DNA of 64,000 nucleotides from Octopus vulgaris. Taxonomy: Eukaryota. The DNA lies in contig OX597815.1 of assembly GCA_951406725.2 (NCBI GenBank), positions 186,186,001 through 186,250,000 of the forward strand, written 5' to 3'. Shown piece by piece: positions 1 to 14,440 of this stretch. Each line of letters starts with the position of its first letter. Position 1 is the stretch's first letter. Position numbers and translations under genes: made by a program. Below the pieces are notes generated by a model. It had not been told where the DNA came from and ran no database searches. It saw only the letters and a list, made by a program, of their open reading frames with translations.

Positions 1-682
1 TTAACAACAATAATGCCAACAACAGCAACAAACAACAACAACAATCAGCATTAAAGTAACCACAATGGGCACGGCAAACAGAGAAAAGAAAACTCAATTT
101 GACGATTCAACACACCTTGAACATCCAAGTCCTCTACCTCTACCGCTATTTGTAACAGCACAAATAAATAAAAACATAACACGACAATTAACAAACTCCT
201 CTAGCCGTGCTAGGGGTAGAAGTAATTAAATTAACATCTCAAGAATTAAGAAATGCAAAAACAAAAGTGAAAACATACCGCACGACAAAGCTTTGCGCAA
301 AACCGATTTCAACAGCTATAATACCGGTCGATTTTACTGGCTACGTAATGAAAAAAACAGCTGGTAGTTAATGGTCTGTACTACGAGTCACTGTTAGATA
401 TGATCGCAAATATTTTTGCTGCTGTATGCTGCACCTGGCAGAAAGACTAGAACATTCCCTGTTAGACGAGCCAGACGTTATTATTGCTGTTGATAAACCA
501 TCGGAAGGAAGTAAATATACGTGATAACTTTCGGTAGAGAAGTCTCCTAAAGGTAGAGCAAATGGCTTTCAAAATGGTATTGGCCAAGACACTATCACTT
601 GTTGGACATGCACAGACCTTGATGGACATGCGAAAACCGGTGAATCCTCTCTTCTCAACATTCACATTGTGCAACACAGTAG

Positions 683-969
683 TTATTTGTTCCTTCTCAA
701 GCCCTGCTTGGCTCATAAGGGCCGGTTTCCCGGTTTCCTTGGCGTGTAGGTTCCCCACCTGAACGGGACGCCAGTCCGTCGCTGGTGAGCTGCAAAATGC
801 AGGAGGAAAGAGTGAGAGAAAGTTGTGGCGAAAGAGTCAGCAGAAGTTCGCCATTACCTTCTGCCGGAGCCGCGTGGAGCTTAGGTGTTTCGCTCATAAA
901 CACACACATCACCCGGTACGAGATTCGAACCCGCGAGTCTGCTGCTCTAACCACTAGGCCACGTGCCTC
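683..969 (-). mobile_element. tRNA-derived SINE, group B head with tail type 2
   Basis: Minus strand begins gaggcacgtggcctagtggttagagc (A-box) ... gggttcgaatc (B-box). Related copies at 21986, 23950 and 25692. Flanked by an imperfect direct repeat tgcaac(a/g)cagtag. Confidence 0.8.
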
Positions 970-1307
970 TATGCAACGCAGTAGAATACGTCGTAAATAT
1001 ATGACACTTAGAGAAGATGATGACAAGTTAATTTCCAGAACACCATTTGGAGAAAATTTAGGATTGTAGGTAGAATGGTCAATGTCACACTGTAATGATC
1101 TCATACAAAATTATATATGAAAGTTCAGACATAAAACTTTATTTTTATAGTATTGGTGTTGTGCTACCAACTGACGGTCGTGCCTTGTCCCAAGAATCAG
1201 GTGACAATATTGGCGCGCTTACTCTTTCAATTCTTGTAGAAAGAAATGTTCTGTTATTCAAGAAGTACTGTTTACTGCCCAGATCCCCATATTGGTCCAA
1301 GGATACC

Positions 1308-1536
1308 TATTTCTTTACTACCCACAAGGGGCTAAACACAGAGGGAATAAACAAAGACAGACAAACGGATTAAGTCGATTACATCGACCCCAGTGCGTAA
1401 CTTGTACTTAATTTATCGATCCCTAAAGGATGAAAGGTAAAGTCGACCTCGGCGGAATTTGAACTCAGAACGAAACGTCTGACGAAATACGGCTACGCAT
1501 TTCGCCCGGCGTGCTAACGTTTCTGCCAGCTCGCCT
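1308..1536 (-). mobile_element. tRNA-derived SINE, group A monomer (central domain resembles Meta/MESC)
   Basis: ggcgagctggcagaaacgttagc head, gagttcaaattcc B-box, cctttcatcctt...gataaattaagtac core and ...taaagaaata end. 18-bp TSD tattggtccaaggatacc at 1290-1307 and 1537-1554. Confidence 0.88.
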
Positions 1537-2299
1537 TATTGGTCCAAGGATACCGTAGCATACGGTGAAGCATGTACACCCACAGGAATTGCTGGATAAA
1601 CCAAGATTGTGAACGTATATGGTCACGTTTCCTGCAACACTTTTTTTCTGCACCTCATCGATAAGACCAAACTGCAGCCAAAGGTTGAGCGAAAGCCGAG
1701 GTTTGTCGTTGGGCAACTGGAATCTTGCTAAAACCACACTGCATTCTACCAGCTGAACAATGTTGTTAGTGCGATATAAATTCTTGTATTTTGAGAATCT
1801 GGTATGAGTGACAATACCTAGGAACGATCCCGCGATGCCTAGGAACGAATACAGTCATTAATTTGCATTAATCGCATAAATGTCTCAAAGCCGAAGCACA
1901 TCAATGGTTTCACCTGTTTCCTTCTTATTCGATTATTAACAAAAAGACTCTGGACTGCGCCATTTCAAACTAAAATATCTTGGACGCATTATCATGTTTA
2001 ACCATGGGAATACATCCGATCCAATTCTTCATTGGACATTTGCGCTTATACTTTTGCTGTCTATTTCTCATTGTGCAGTTGTAATAATATATGTTTCTCC
2101 ATACGTCTGTCGTATACAAACCGTAACATTTAATGTTCCAGACGTGTTTAATCTTACAGTCTCGATGTGCGTCATATAACTTAATGTTATGCGCTACTCA
2201 AATTTCACAAGTTTATATTTTTAGTCTGGTTTTATTTAACAATAAATTGCCATTCTCGATAAAATTTCAACAAATGTTGAAGGCTATATATCTATATCT

Positions 2300-3030
<731 letters not shown>

Positions 3031-3865
3031 CACAGCACACACGTGTGAGTGTATGTGCGAGAAACTTGCCATAAAAAGTGGACGTGTTAGAGCATACTGT
3101 TTTAGAAAGCCCTGCAGCGCTTAGTGAAGTCGAGAAGTGCAGTTTAGCGACAGCTGTAAAAGAAATATAACATTTCTATAGTCGACAAATATCAAAAGCG
3201 AAGTTCTGAGAAAAATTATTCTTTATGTGTAGAGAATAATTGTTAAATGAGAATAGATATTAGTAGATCAAATGCTACAGTTTATCGTAAACAAAAATGA
3301 AGAGCCTGATGTTGGAATAGATTAGATAGAAAGAGAATAAAACTAATTGTGAACAGATTTGATAAGGAATATAACAATTAAATTAATAATTGCTTATGAC
3401 ATTGTCTAAAAGCCTGAAATTTGGGGAAGATGGTTCATCCAATAAATTTAACCAAGTACTTGAGAGGTAGCTTTTTTTGCATCAAATCGATGATGCAAAT
3501 AAACTACACCCAACAGGTTTATATATTAAAATGAAAAACTAAATAACGGTTTGAATTTATCCACCAAAATATAAAATATGATTCAAACTTTGTGGATTCT
3601 GGAATACGCGAAAGTATTAGTGATCTTTGAAGAAACATGAAAGCGAGATGGTGTCGTGACGATCGAAGTTGACAGGATGCAAAGTAGAGTTTGGATTTGA
3701 ACCTAAATCATATAAACTCGTAAGAAATGTCCTATGTTATTTTCCCCAATGCGCTAACGATTCTGTCAATCTACCTTTCTACCAATCTACCAATATAGCA
3801 AACGTATTTGTTTCGAGACTTGTTGAGGAATTTTTTTTCTGTAGTTTCAGCTCAGAGCTGCGGAC

Positions 3866-4380
3866 ATGATGATGCACCGCCGTTTTGCAAGACTGTTATT
3901 ACTGAGAGCCTCCTCTAATATGTGGCACTTGGTGAAGAATAGAGTTTGATATAGCTACCCCCATTTGCACCTCTTGCCGTGATGTAGGTTCATCTGGGAC
4001 TCTCGACAGTAAGAGGTCCAGCTTCGATTTAAAAACGCCCACATCTACTTTGTGCAGGTCCCCCAGGCTCTTTGGGAGAATATTAAAAAGCTGTGGGCCC
4101 TTGAAACCCAAGCTGTTGCAGTAACTGGTTCTGAAGCGTGATGGCATTGCTGGGACCTTTGGCACTATGCAGTGTCGTCCCGTTCTGGCATTGGTGTAGC
4201 TTTCAATGCCAAAATTTGGCACAATTCCTTCCAGGATCATCCAGATGTATATTACTGCATGTCTTCTCTCCAGGGAATAGAGTCTTACCTGTTTCAGCCT
4301 TTCCCAGTTGCTGAGCAGTTGCAAAGGGACGATCTTCTTTGTGAATCTTCTCTGGATTGCTTCAAGGTCCGCTGTTAATT
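3866..4380 (-). mobile_element. 5'-truncated CR1/L2-group LINE, ORF2 C-terminus
   Basis: ORF 3899..4423 contains LEAIQRRFTKKI...WERLKQVRLYSLERR...GPQLFNILP, typical of the region after the RT domain in CR1-group elements. Short (cat)n tail. Confidence 0.85.
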
Positions 4381-5099
4381 TCAATGAGTTTAATAATTGT
4401 TTCTTTGTACCTGGCTTATACATTTAGGAATATTATAAGGCAACACCGTCGAGTGCTATACGTTACAGATATCGACCACGACATTATGAAAGGTAAAGTT
4501 GACCTTGGTGAGAAATTAACACAAAATGTAAAGAAACGTAACAATATTAATTACAACGGCAAACTTGTAGGATTTTTTAGAATAAAACCTTCCATTGCAA
4601 AAGAATGAGCGACAGATGAGGCAAAATCTGCTAGAAATTATATCAATTTCAGATTTCAAACAGCATATGTCATATCAGTGGAAGAATATAGCTATGTTTA
4701 ATCTATATTATAAAGAAAAGAATGATTTAGTGAATCAATTTGTCCCTATTAAGAAAATTACCATCATTATGAAAAATTAATTATATACCGAAAAACGATT
4801 TCGGTAAATACTATTTCTGACACAACCCACCATTTGTGATTAAGAGTTGCACGAAAAACAGGCGCTTGCAAGAATATGCAATTAAAAGAACTATAAAAAT
4901 ATTTGAGTTAGTTTCACATAATTTATGTCCTCCTCCTCGCTGAATAGTTAGATATTTATGAGATATTAGAAATGAAATATAATTATGAACAAACACTGAT
5001 CATCTTGTATTAGAAGTACTAAGTTACGTAGTTAAGATAATGATAGGGAAACCAACATCGGATAAAGGAATATAAAGAAATCTGCATGTTCTTATAAAT

Positions 5100-5480
5100 G
5101 GATGCACTCCGTCGGTTACGACGACGAGGGTTCCGGTTGATCCGAATCAACGGAACAGCCTACTCGTGAAATTAACGTGTAAGTGGCTGAGCACTCCACA
5201 GACACGTGTACCCTCAACGCAGTTCTCGGGGATATTCAGCGTGACACAGAGAGTGACAAGGCCGGCCCTTTGAAATACAGGTACAACAGAAACAGGAAGT
5301 GAGAGTGAGAGAAAGTTGTGGTGAAAGAGTACAGCAGGGATCACCACCATCCCCTGCCGGAGCCTCGTGGAGCTTTAGGTGTTTTCGCTCAATAAACACT
5401 GACAACGCCCAGTCTGGGAATTGAAACCGCGATCTTATGACCGCGAGTCCGCTGCCCTAACCACTGGGCCATTGCGCCTC
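5100..5480 (-). mobile_element. tRNA(Arg)-like SINE, group B full length, tail type 1
   Basis: ggaggcgcaatggcccagtggttaggg...gactcgcggtc head. 15-bp TSD catgttcttataaat at 5085-5099 and 5481-5495. Confidence 0.88.
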
Positions 5481-6642
5481 CATGTTCTTATAAATATGCA
5501 TAGCAAGAAAATAGAGTGTTATATACGATTGAATTAAAATAATGCTTGACAAACATTAAGAGAAAAACGTACAGGATTTCTCAAGATATATATACAGACT
5601 GAATAAAGGAGCTGATATTACACAAGAACCTAGAAGAAAACTCACTTTTAAGGAAAGGATTAGATGCAGCAGATTAACTAGAATACCGAATTGGAAATTC
5701 TTCTCAAAGAATCTGGTTTACATGTCGCCTGAGTATGGACTCGTTAATGTTAAGTTACCTTATTCAATTACAAACTGATGCAATGGAGTTGATGATAGAA
5801 GGAAGACTTTTATTATACAAAAAGTGAAGCTGAAAAAATACTTAAATGAGCAAGTACAGGCTTATTGTGAATAAAACTATCTGATGATATCCGGGATACT
5901 CTTCGCGTTAGAAAGATAAAAGCTACTTCCGGTGAATGAGGGAAGAAATGGAAGGTGATCACAGGAAACAAATATCTTCGACAGAGCCATAAATTAAAGA
6001 GTTATAACTAAAAACTAAAAATGGTTTGTATTACGATATGATGTCTTAACGATCGAACTCATGGCTAAAATATACTATGAGATATAACAATCGTATAGTC
6101 ATTTCCAAAACATAGTCATTGTGCCATAAAATATTATCCGGCATCATAGAATTAAGATAGCCTCTCATTTTCGGCGATATAAAACCCCAACTACACTTGC
6201 GGACTCCCTTCGTGCTGGTACCAAACACAGCATACGCTGCGCTTTACAATGAATAACATCTGTAAAACTTAATTTGCTCTTAACTCTTTAGGCACAAATT
6301 TAAGTTTCATGGCTATTCCAGGAAGGTTGTTAAACATCAACCAACAAAATAGTTTTAAACACGACATTTCTCAACAAAACAGTAAGTTTTAAAGGCAATG
6401 AAATTTGAGTGGTCATGTCTTATTTCTGCGGTAAAAATGTTAATATATTTAGAAGTGGTTGTGTGGTAAGTAACTTGCTTAAAAACCACATGGTCCCGGG
6501 TTCAGTCCCACTGCATGGCATCTTGGGCGAGTGTCTTCTATAGAATCGGGCTGACCAACGCCTTGTGAATGGATATGGTAGACGGAAACTGAAAGAAGGA
6601 CGTCGTATATATGTATGTACATATATGTATATATATATATAT

Positions 6643-7224
6643 CACTCAGACGTAGATGCACACTGCATCGACAACAGATTGCATTCCCAGAATATAGAAT
6701 GATACCTTTTAGTGAACACATTGAGAACTGCCCAAAGCAACTACTACCACAATTTTTAATGTTTCCATTTTACCAATGTGCTCTCGGATCATCAACACAA
6801 ATTAGACTAAACAAGGAAACATTCTTCATTAAAAAGTACAAGCCCAGACTCAACCATCCGAACATACTGATACAGAGAAATTCACATTAAGGGAAAGGAA
6901 AAAAAAATTTAAGCGATTATCTCCCTTACACCGGAAGAAATCACCCACTACCTCCCCTTATTTAGAACTCACCGGAACATAAACACAACGATAACTCTAT
7001 CCAACATAAACATAACGTCACAAGAAATTTGATAAGCTACACGCGAAACCGGTCTTTCTTTTAATTATGTCATTATAAGGGGAAAAAATTTTTTTTTTTA
7101 ATTTTTCTAATATTCTTCAGACATATTCACGCAAATATATATATTTTTTAACATTTAAGCCTTCTGTCGTTTTTTCACTCTTTACTATTTTCTATATATT
7201 CACCCACGTGCTTTCACAAACAAA

Positions 7225-7229
<5 letters not shown>
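6643..7229 (+). mobile_element. 5'-truncated Penelope-like element: GIY-YIG endonuclease C-terminus plus 3' region
   Basis: ORF 6615..6890 reads LRRRCTLHRQQI...SEHIENC...FPFYQC...RLNKETFFIKKYKPRLN. This matches the R..H / H...C / R..KE..FI....P.LN pattern at the end of PLE GIY-YIG domains. Confidence 0.75.
7022..7060 (+). ncRNA. Degenerate minimal hammerhead ribozyme of the PLE fragment
   Basis: aagaaa-t-ttgataa (decayed CUGAUGA)-gc tacac gc-GAAA-ccgg-TC-tttctt. Stems I and II and a palindromic stem III are present; the first core box is mutated. Confidence 0.55.
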
Positions 7230-7280
<51 letters not shown>

Positions 7281-7527
7281 ATGAATGTATCTATGCATGT
7301 GCGTATGTACGTATATGTGTGTGTGAGTCTGTGTTTTTCCTCACCCCAACATTGCTGTACAACTAATGCTGGTGCGTTTACGTCCCCGTAACTTAGCGGT
7401 TTGGCAAAAGAAACCGATAGAATAAGTACTAGGCTTAGAACGAATTAATCCTTGAGTCGATTTGCTCGATTGAAGGCGATACTCTAGCATGACTGCACTC
7501 AAATGTCTGTAACATGTAAAATAATAA

Positions 7528-7574
<47 letters not shown>

Positions 7575-7578
<4 letters not shown>

Positions 7579-7835
7579 GGAGATGTACTTGCATAGCAAG
7601 TGACCTGATCTGAGAACGTGGACTGAGACGAAAACAATTGCGGCGTGGAAGGTGTTTATAAGCCATTTAAAAACCCACAAAATCCATTAGATTAACTTCA
7701 ACATTTAAATTTAATTTGCCAGAATATTTTCATAGGTTTGAGACAGTGAGTTGTTCGCTGACAAATTTCCGTGCATATCAAATCTATCGGTTTTTGTGCG
7801 CTTTGAAATGACTTATAAACACCCTCCACGCTGCA

Positions 7836-7838
<3 letters not shown>
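7575..7838 (-). mobile_element. Probable PLE terminal relic between (TA)n tracts
   Basis: Bounded by (TA)n on both sides. Minus strand 7764-7716 reads ttgtca-gcgaaca-...-GAAA-atat-TC-tggcaa, a hammerhead-like layout. Confidence 0.4.
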
Positions 7839-7877
<39 letters not shown>

Positions 7878-7989
7878 AGCTTGTATAACCTCTCTAACTA
7901 ACGCAGCCATGCTAGTTCTTCCACAAAAGCAGCAGAATGCACAACTAGTACACTCTCAAACGATTCTGACAGCTCAATACCATACGACG

Positions 7990-8006
7990 ACTACTACTAC
8001 TACTAC

Positions 8007-8037
<31 letters not shown>

Positions 8038-8082
8038 AAGAAGAAGAAGAAAAAGAAGAAGAAGAGCAACAACGACAACAAC
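7990..8082. repeat. (CTA)n(AAG)n(CAA)n microsatellite
   Basis: Directly visible. Confidence 0.95.
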
Positions 8083-8454
8083 AAGTTGATAAAGAATGCG
8101 GTGATGTAAAGGAAAATCGATCCGCCACAAGTGCCACTAACGTGTCGTTAAGGACAGATACGAACTGGATAATGTTTTACGGCGAACGAAACATAACACA
8201 TCTATCGTTGAGAAAACGAATAAAGTATAAAACGGTGAGAATAAATGATGTTTATATTCTCTTTTCGGGGTCAATCACCGATGATAAAATAGAACACTCC
8301 ACAATATTTTACATACTTTTCAACTCTAAAGTAAGTACCTTCGTTTTTTCTGGTACCAAAAAATTATAGATGAAAATCGAGATTGAAACTATTCAGCCAC
8401 ACCAGACCGACTGTTCTCACAAATCTAGGACATTTGATCATGGACAATAAACCC

Positions 8455-8612
8455 TCAAGGACAATTACCCCTGAGGACAACAGAGAATGATTTAAAACTT
8501 CTTAATATATTAGAGAGGGTGTAATTAACCAGAGGGAATTGTCCCAGGGGTAGTTGTCGTCGGGGAGAATTTCCCTGGGGGGTGATAATTGTTCTCCGGA
8601 GGTAACTGACCT
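8455..8612. repeat. Relic with short inverted subterminal motifs, MITE/foldback-like
   Basis: ggacaattacccctg on the left; repeated gggaattgtcc / ggggtagttgtc / gataattgttc variants on the right. Confidence 0.35.
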
Positions 8613-9857
8613 GATATGGTTCACTCAGATGTCTCAGCAAAATTAGTAGAAGTTAGCAATTTCTCTATACTCTACATTATTTGTTTCTCAAATGGTCAGA
8701 GGAAAAGTTGAAGAAGGCTTGACTGATGAGGTTTTACTCCATATTCAGTCCGAAACACCTTGCTCATATCATTGGCTCTTTTGAAAACAAGGTTGCGAGG
8801 CTTTCGTCGCTTTGTTTACATCTCGGACAGGCTCGGATATCAATAGAGCTTTGAGCCTATAATAGACAGAATTGTTGTTGTTGTTGTTGTTCGTGTTTTT
8901 GTTTTGTTGTTGCAGAAATTGAGTATGTCCGGTCGTTAAAATCGTGTGGACATTGAACAAAATGTCTTGTCGTATTTGTTCCAACCCTTTACATTCTGAA
9001 ATCACCTGTCAATGCAGTCACTTTTCTGCCTTTCATTCTTCTGTGCTTGAAATGGTTAGTTAGGTTAATCCTCTCTCCGAATTTCAGATCTTGTGCCTAC
9101 GTTAGAAACAAGTATTAAAGATGGCTAGCTGGCAGACCGTTTGAACATTATTCAAAATACCGAGTGAGCAAAATTACGGCAAGATGGTTGAGTGTGGGAG
9201 AAAACATTTAATATGAATGGAACTAGTTTAAACATATGCCTGTAGATTGAAACACAGCAGTGAGGGAGGACTTATACTCTCGCTAGTCAAGTAGATCCTG
9301 GCTATATGAGCTGTGTGATTGTCTCTAAATGTACGCCCTCCGGCAGAAGGGGACTGCCTTGTTTTCACAGATTTTGTAAATAATGCATAACATTCTGTCT
9401 CTCACCCACTCTCCCTTCTTTGCGTATTTTTTTTTTTTGTGCGTAAAAACCCATCCATAATGCAAACCGTCCTTGTAACAACCGCTTCATCTGGTGACCC
9501 TACGGCAAATAAAAGAAATAGCCATCATTAGCGATATTATTAGAATCATTATTTTATTTGATATCGTCTGGATAACAAATACCTGTCGGGCGCCAATCAG
9601 TCGCCGAGGGCAAGCATTGTAGATTAACGTTATTGTGCAACAAAGCTTCCGGTTCTGTTGTCTTAAAAAAAGAAACGCTAAAGATTTCGAGAATATCGAT
9701 TACAAGGACAAGTTGAGTGTGGGCCGTATTGCGTAGGACTATTTTCCAGATTTCTTATAAGTCAGGTTTATCCCGAAACTTTTTCAAGGAATACAATTTC
9801 TTCTTCTTCTTATTATTTTTTTTTTTATTGAGTGAGAAAGCAATGCATGCTATCAAA

Positions 9858-9978
9858 GTAATAATAGTAATATCATCATCATTATTATTATTATTATTAT
9901 CAGTAGTAGTAGTAGTAGTAGTAGTAGGAGGAGGAGGAGGAGGAGGAGGAGGAGGGGGAAGGTGCAGCAGCAGCAGCA
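9858..9978. repeat. Compound trinucleotide microsatellite
   Basis: (tca)(tta)(gta)(gga)(gca) runs. Confidence 0.95.
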
Positions 9979-10483
9979 AAAGTGGCAGGTTGGCATGACT
10001 CATTAGCTTGTTAGTTAAAATACTTCGCAGCGTTACTTCTGGTTCTTTCCATTCTCAGTAAAATTCATTCAATGTCTGTTTTGCCTTTCATCCCTTCGGA
10101 ATCGAAAAAGTAAGTACTAGGTTCAGGACCGGTATTGGTGCATTCGGTTTGGCCCCCTTTCTGACAAACTCAGAAAAGAAGTCGTAGAAGTAGTAGAAGT
10201 AGAAGCAGCAGCAGCCGTCCAAGAATTTGGACCTGGAGATCTCCATTTCCAGCAACTTCGAGGGCCACCTTCCAGTGGTGTCGGGCGTCAACGAAGAGCC
10301 CTCGACTACAACAAGACGATCAAAGTTTTTCTTTTGTTTCCAAGGACTGGGGTCTCCCGCTCCTAAGCCCTAGACCATCACCTAATCACCCTTACCCGTC
10401 TTGTTGCTTAACAACAACAACAACAGCAGCAGTACTAGTGATCGCAGTAATAGTAGAAAGGAAAGCAGTACAAAAATAGTGTC

Positions 10484-10722
<239 letters not shown>

Positions 10723-11654
10723 AAAGAACTGGCAAGCTTCCCGGCATTTTCCTTCTGCCGACTTGATCCACCGACTAGATAGAAGTAATCGAATGTCTTA
10801 ACAATCTTCGGAAAAACGATTTTCTTCTTGCTAAATCTGAAATGGAATTGTAGTTTTTGGATGAGTTTTGTAACAAAGCAATCAATCTCCGTAAACAACA
10901 TCAACAGAAGAATTAATCACGGCACCGACCTCTCGAGGATTAACGATTCCCAAACCGCTTCCTCCAAGTAATATAATCAGAGAGTCTTCGGTAAACAACG
11001 TTTTAAGCAATTTTATATTTCCACGCCAACAAATATGCATTCCTGTATATTTACTTAGCAATTCGATGGATACGACTTTGACAAGTTGCGATGAGTTACA
11101 CGTCACTGATAGTGTTCAGCGATTCGGAAATATATTCAATGTTGTCTCCTGTTTTTGTCAGCGAGGTGGGGAAGAAAAAAGGAAACACATTATTCATCAA
11201 CTTTGTTTTTTTGCTACAAATATTGTATTCTGTTTTTTTTTTTTTCTTCTTAATGCTCCGTAACTTAAATATATTGACACCTACTTACCGAATAAGCAAG
11301 AAAATGTTGGTGAACATCAATAGCGGAGTGCGTGATAATGATTGAACGGTTGTAATATTTTAGAGTTGACGGGAAGAATAAAAGCTGTATGTTTCCAGGA
11401 AAAAGATTCTGCTGCTAAATTGTACATGATAATACTTGCATGTTTGCACATCTGAAATGGTTCAAAGAAAAGCACGTTTGGTGCATTTGGATAGAACGAA
11501 ATGATCAGATTATTATTAGATTACGAAACATGAATGTGAGAAAGGACTTCGAGTAATATCCTTCTTATATAATTCCCCCAATACTTTCATGGCCTGTTGG
11601 TGAGGGGAATGAACAAGCATGCTGATCAGAAAGGGGCGTAAATTAGATTTTTTT

Positions 11655-11868
11655 TTCTTTTTTTACTCTTTTACTTGTTTCTGTCATTTGACTGTGGCCA
11701 TGCCGGAGCACCGCCTTTCGTCGAGCAAATCAACACCAGGACTTATTCTTTGGAAGCCTAGCACTTATTCTATCAGTCTCTTTTGCCGAACCGCCAAGTT
11801 ACGGGGGACGTAAACGCACCAGCATCGGTTTTCAAGTGATGTTGGGGGGTACAAACAGAGACGCATAA

Positions 11869-11964
<96 letters not shown>

Positions 11965-12120
11965 GACGGGCTTCTTTCATTTTCCATCTGACAAATCCAC
12001 TCACAAGGCTTTGGTCGGCCCGAGGCTATAGCAGAAAACACTTGCCCAAGGTGCCACGCAGTGGAACTGAACCCGGAACCATGTGACTCGTAAGCAAGCT
12101 ACTTACCACTCACCCACTCC
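11655..12120 (-). mobile_element. Group C SINE
   Basis: Reverse complement of the 28439-28846 copy, with internal (TA)n(TG)n. Confidence 0.85.
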
Positions 12121-12416
12121 TAAGCTAATTATTCCGGTATTCTATACGATATGCATTCTTCGGGGACAGGTAAATCGATGTTAATACACTTAACTTAAGG
12201 ATTCAAATCAGTATAGTTAATGAAAATCAAAACGGTTGCAGGGAACAAAAACACGTCAGCTTAATGAATAATTGTGTAGAAGAAAAGGTAATGCACAAAT
12301 CTCAAATCTGAATTAAGATAAAGATTGAATAAGAGCTTGCAGTGGGGATTAAATCCTATCTTGTTAAGTATATTAGCAACTCTGCAAATGTTTCCATATT
12401 ATTATAATTCATTATG

Positions 12417-13000
12417 AGGCGGCGTGCTGGCAGAAATGTTAGCACTCTGGGAGAAATGCTTAGTTGTATTTCGTCTGCCGTTACGTTCTGAGTTCAAATT
12501 TCGCCGAGGTCGACTTTGCCTTTCATCCTTTCGGGGTCGATAAATTAAGTACCAGTTACGCACTGGAGTCGATGTAATCGACTTAATACCTATGTCTGTC
12601 CTTGTTTGTCCCCTCTGTGTTTAGCTCCTTGTGGGTAATAAAGAAATAGGTATTTCGTCTGTCTTTACGTTCTGAGTTCAAATTCCGCTGAGGTCGACTT
12701 TACCTTTCATCCTTTCGGGGACGATAAATTAAGTACCAGTTGCGTACTGGGTTGAATGTAATCGACTGGCCCCTCCCCACAAATTTCGGGCCTTGTGACT
12801 AGTGTAGAAAAGAATTGTTAGCACGCCGAGCAAAATGCATAGCAGCAGTTTGTCCGTCCTTACGTTTTGAGTACAAATTCCGCCGAGCTCGACATTGCCT
12901 TTCATCCTTACTGCTTCATAAATTAAGTACCGGTGAAACACGGGGTTCGATATAATCGCCTAACCTCTTCCCTCAAAATTTCAGGCATTGTGCTTTCAAT
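12417..13000 (+). mobile_element. Group A SINE tandem cluster
   Basis: Full head, then a second unit joined at gaaata|ggtatttcgtc (12648/12649), then a more diverged unit. Confidence 0.8.
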
Positions 13001-13786
13001 AGAAAGTATTACTATAGCTCATCATATGTATAGAGCACTTACTGATTTTCTTCTTTTGTTTTTGCCAGATCTAATATAAAAGAGATTTAAAGAGTTAAGG
13101 ATATCAAACATTCATTAGTGTGATAACAATAACCGAGGTAAATTAACTAAGCATATCATCTAGCACGTGACGAGCAGTTAATTAATTCGCCGATGACTTA
13201 CTTTAATGTTGTAAACAAAAGGATTTTAATTAATAATATTTATTATACCTGTCGGAAAAACAGAAGTATTATCCTCATGATTAATTCTGGTTAAAAACAA
13301 GAAAAAACAAGGAACATAATATATATAACAAATGAAATAAAGACGTTCAGTCAATTAGTGAGATAATTTTAATACTTAAATTTCCAAATTGTCTTCCTGT
13401 CTTTCTCCATTAATATTATCACTAATCTACCACAAACCAGCTACAAATACTGCTTCTAATACTAAGAACAGCGCGAGTTATTGAATTTGCAATTCATTGC
13501 GTGGCTGTGTGGTAAGATGCTTGCTTTATATTGTGAAAAATGTAAGAGTTTTATTGCCTCATGAATGATATTTTTAACTGAAAAATGTAAGAGGTCTATT
13601 GCCTCATAAAAGATTTTTTGAATTGAGAAAATATAAGGGGTTTGTTGCCTCCAGTATGAGACTTAAAAAGAACAATGTGCTTGGGTAAACAGCAATCGGC
13701 GGGCGTTGCTTGTTGCCCTCATTTATCAACATTTCGTTTGTCAGTCATATCATTAGGTCTACGTCCAGCCCGTAGCTTCCTTTCTA

Positions 13787-14440
13787 TGGTAGGCCTTGCT
13801 TCCCAACCACATCATTCCAGGTTCTGTTCCACTGCATGGCACCTTGGGCAAGTGTCTTCTGCTATAGCCTCGGGCCGACCAAAGCAGTCTGAGTAGATTC
13901 GGTAGATGGAAACTGAAAGAAACCTGTTGTGTATATCCTTATCATCATCATCATCGTTTAACGTCCGCCTTCCATGCTGGCATGGGTTGGACGATTTCAC
14001 TGAGGTCTGGCGAACCAGATAGCTGCACCAGGCTCCAATCTGATCTGGCAGAGTTTCTACAGCTGGATGCCCTTCCTAACGCCAACCACTCCGAGAGTGT
14101 AGTGGGTGCTTTTACGTGCCACCGACACGAGGGCGAGTCAGGCGGTACTGGAAACGGCCACGCTCAAATGGTGCTTTATATATATATGTGTGTGTGTATG
14201 TGTGTGTGAGCGTGTGTGCGCGTGTGCGTGTGTGTTTATGTCTGTGTTTGTCGCCCCATAACCACTTGAGAAACGGTGTTGGTGTGTTTGCTTTCCCGTA
14301 ACTTAGCGGTTCGGCAAAATAGTGGGAAACAGTAAGTACCAGACTTTAAAAATGTTCTGGGATGGACTATAAATCTTCAAAGTGGAGCCCTAATATGGCC
14401 ACACTAAAATAACTGAAACAAGCAAAACAAAACAAAAAAA
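13787..14440 (+). mobile_element. Group C SINE with an antisense (GAT)n-tailed retroposon piece (13940-14175) in its microsatellite
   Basis: Group C halves are recognisable on both sides. The insert reads gaagggcatccagctgtagaaac...gttaaacgatgatgatg on the minus strand. Confidence 0.65.

Larger units (their letters stand above)
6453..7530 (+). mobile_element. Group C SINE (CORE-like domain, internal microsatellite) interrupted by a PLE fragment
   Basis: 5' half 6453-6605 and 3' half ~7330-7530 match the intact copies at 28439 and 58686. Confidence 0.8.

Noticed and set aside
8719-8765. CUGAUGA...GAAAC hammerhead-like boxes
   Set aside because: Stems I and III do not pair convincingly.
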